Positions 61,301 through 64,000 of a DNA stretch of 64,000 nt are shown here, one piece after another. The first letter of the stretch is position 1; every line of letters begins with the position of its first letter. The position numbers and the translations under genes were made by a program. Below the pieces are notes generated by a model, which ran no database searches, was not told the origin of the DNA, and saw only the letters and a list, made by a program, of their open reading frames with translations. The stretch is from Diplonema japonicum (lineage: Eukaryota; Protista; Euglenozoa: Diplonemea), in NCBI GenBank assembly GCA_964019335.1, contig OZ025734.1, forward strand, positions 310,001 through 374,000, written 5' to 3'.

Positions 61301-64000
61301 TGCTCGGTGCAATTGGCCACTTCCATCCGATCGTTATGGCCGCGCCAGGGAACTTCACAGAGGACGAGCCTTCTTGGCTGTGGACGGGAACCGAGGCGGA
61401 ACCCTTGACCGTATGGCCATCCCACAACGCGACGTACAGGACAGGGTTCTTGAAATGAGGTGCGAACAACTCAAAGGACGAGCTGCTATTGGGGGGCGCC
61501 ATGTGCGAGGTGTCGCAGTTGCACCCCCATACGTTTGGGCTGTGCAGCAGCCACGGTGGTGAGGCATCGGCCTCGTCCAGAACGTACTTCACGAGAGGCC
61601 TGCTGTGCGCCATGCCCGTCGTCCACTGCGAAGGGGTAACTTGGAGACAGGTCTCCTGCTGCGTGATGAGCTCCCATGACAGAACTATCCTTCCGAAGTC
61701 TTCGTCTGTGTCTACGCTTGACACCACAAGGGGGGCTTCTTCTGCTGCGGAGGTTCTCTCGCCGTGATCAAGGACGAATGTCCCGGTACCTAAGAAAGAG
61801 TCGCTTTTGTCGTAAACGGACACCTCGAGGGTAGTAGTGCTTGATGTGACGGGGATCTCTGTCCACTCATTCCACATGAAGGTGTCCACGTAGCTCACAG
61901 ACACGTAGTCAGTGTACACTGTCGTGAGGGGGGCCGCTTCGAGTGCAGTACGGCACTCCGTGAGCCTCGCTCGCACCTTCGCATTGACAATGTTGGCAGG
62001 GGTCAGCCCTTCGCCTTTAACTAAGCAAACACGAAGCATCGACAGCTGCTTGCTCACCTGCCTGTTCTCGCACGTCTCAGAAACAACACTGTACTTGTAA
62101 GCGACACTGCCAAGACCATTGTAAGTATTAAGGAGCTGCAAGTCTTCGGAGTTCCAATGCCCGTCACTCAGTTTTCGTGGTTCGAGCTGAGCTTCTACAG
62201 TAATCTCTTCGCAGGGCAACGTGGTGGTGTGCAAGGCACACGTACCTAGGAACGTATTCGTTCTCGCAGACAGCCCCCCGTTGACCACCTCGATGTGGAA
62301 AGTGTTCTTAGGCGCAGTAAGTGGTAGGTCGAGTGTCTCGTTCCAAACAGGTGTTAGCGTCTCGTTCTGATCTTGCGACCGGTAAAGAAGCTCCGAGCAA
62401 CCCTCTTCAACACGCAGGACCTGTATCACTGGGTTAGATGTTCTGTCTCCAAAGTTCTTAGGAAGGAGCCCCTTGGCCGACATTAAATGAAGCTTCAGTA
62501 TGCTTCTCTTCGGTAAATTTGCAACAGGCGTCTCCGCTGCTTTGATTTCGTTGATCCCCACTGTCACGGTCCCAGCAGGTTTCTCATCGGACGACATGGG
62601 CCACCAGCTGAGTTCCTGCAGTGGGTCCCACACCTCCCTCCATCCTCGTCCTTCGCCGTCTACAAGGAGCTTCAGCACGATACCGCCAGAAGCCTCGACA
62701 CTGCGGAGGAAGATAGGTGTGTTGGTGTCCTTGACGCTGGCAGTTGAAGCTATAGGGGCGTCGCTGAGCTTTCCCGTTACATGTGACCTGCTGAAGACTT
62801 CGACGCAGCAGGTGCTTGTGGAGGGGATGTCGAGAGTGCACCTCTCGATGAATATTTCCTTCGGTGCTGCCTGCAAGCCGAGGGGGCTGCACACGAACAG
62901 CGCACGACACGTGTCATGGACCGCCCACTGGGGACGGGTGTTCTGCATGATGCCTTCAAATGAAGCGACAACCTCGCCGTCCTGACGGAAGATCTCAAAA
63001 CGTGGGTTGACCCCGCCCTCTGACACACCACTGAAGAGGATGGCGTGGTTTGCGCTGAAGGCTTGACTGGCCACGACACCGTTCTTGGTAGTCAGCCTCA
63101 CAGTGTGTGGACCTTCGGGCAGGCCCTCAGCATCAAGGAAGTGATATGAGAATGGCCCCACGTGGCACGTAACGGGCGCAGGCATACTTCGCAACGGGGG
63201 CGAAGGGATAGACACAGAAGGCACGGAGACAAGTGAAGGGGACTCGGCAACCGACCGCAAAGGGGACACGGCGGTGACGCCTTCGGAACGTTCTTCTAAA
63301 TCGCCTTGTTGCGAATACCACCACTTAACTATGACATGGCCTACGTGGCTGCTGCTGTTGTCTTTGTAGAGACCCACATCTTCTAAGGACGGGGGGTCGA
63401 GGAGCACTTTAATCGGCTGCTTCATGTCATCCTCGTTGCCTATCGCCAACTCTGCGACACCCTTGCAATCGCCTGCAGAGTACAAGGCAAGGTGAATGGT
63501 GTTGTGCTGCCTTGTTATTTGAACTGGTTTGGAACGGCTGGAAGCAGAAAGGTCGGCGGTGAGCACATCTGAGGATAAAGACAGAATTGCGGCGGAAGAG
63601 AGGTGAGATGAGCAGTGCTCGAAATAAAGGTACGTTTGGGGTGACTGGGGCATGGGGTCAGGCCGTGCAAGACGTGCTCGCCGTGCGGAAAGGGTCTCGG
63701 TGGAGTAGGAGAGGTGCAGTCTACCAACAGGAGAGAGGGGAAGTACGATGTGAGCAAGTGGAAGGTCAGGTGCAATGTCCAGCGTGGCCGTGCACGGTCC
63801 TCTTGCGTCCTCAGTCACTGTCACGTGCAGCTCCGTGGGAAGCCTTGCATGCAGCTCGAGACTCTCCAACCACATATTACTGAAGGTTTCTGCCGTGGTT
63901 GCTGTCTGACCATCGGCCTCCAGCTTCACAACGGACCCCTCAACATCCACCACCCTGGCCACCCTCACCGTCACCACGCTCGCTTCTTTGGCTTCTCTTG
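58390..64000 (-). CDS. Multi-C2-domain plus Kelch-repeat protein with C-terminal RLY repeats, 5'-partial; introns 59100-59163 and 58972-59026
   Basis: C2 motifs (SAKGLL...SNP...TLTPVWNE; PDPVWNQRF) and Kelch motifs (RHGHS...YGG, RAGHT...WGG, REGHS...FGG). Two GT-AG introns join ORF 59160-63977 to 58390-58848 in frame. The frame is open to the window end. Confidence 0.85.

Overview
Eukaryotic protist DNA, most likely a diplonemid-type euglenozoan (inference from EFL instead of EF-1alpha, all host genes on one strand for 64 kb, short GT-AG introns and single-hairpin AGA-box RNAs). About 20 protein genes lie on the minus strand; several are spliced and are split or missed by the ORF track. The many short overlapping ORFs in the repeats at 1-1355, 9.4-9.9 kb, 17.3-18.1 kb, 33.2-34.5 kb and 43.9-44.7 kb are not proteins. 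Read on the minus strand, these repeats are five modular arrays of box C/D and AGA/ACA-box snoRNAs, some with recognisable rRNA targets. The top candidate is a 12-copy ~70-nt RNA whose AGA box overlaps a D box and which also has a C-like box: one antisense tract predicts both SSU pseudouridine (human Psi609 equivalent) and 2'-O-methylation (human Gm601 equivalent). Also present: a C/D RNA with a bipartite guide, a recombinant C/D snoRNA, a circularly permuted duplication of the EFL/snoRNA/ankyrin block, two TTAA-flanked piggyBac-type elements, other foldback elements and a 200-N gap. All rRNA target assignments use conserved rRNA sequences recalled from other eukaryotes, not this organism's rRNA.
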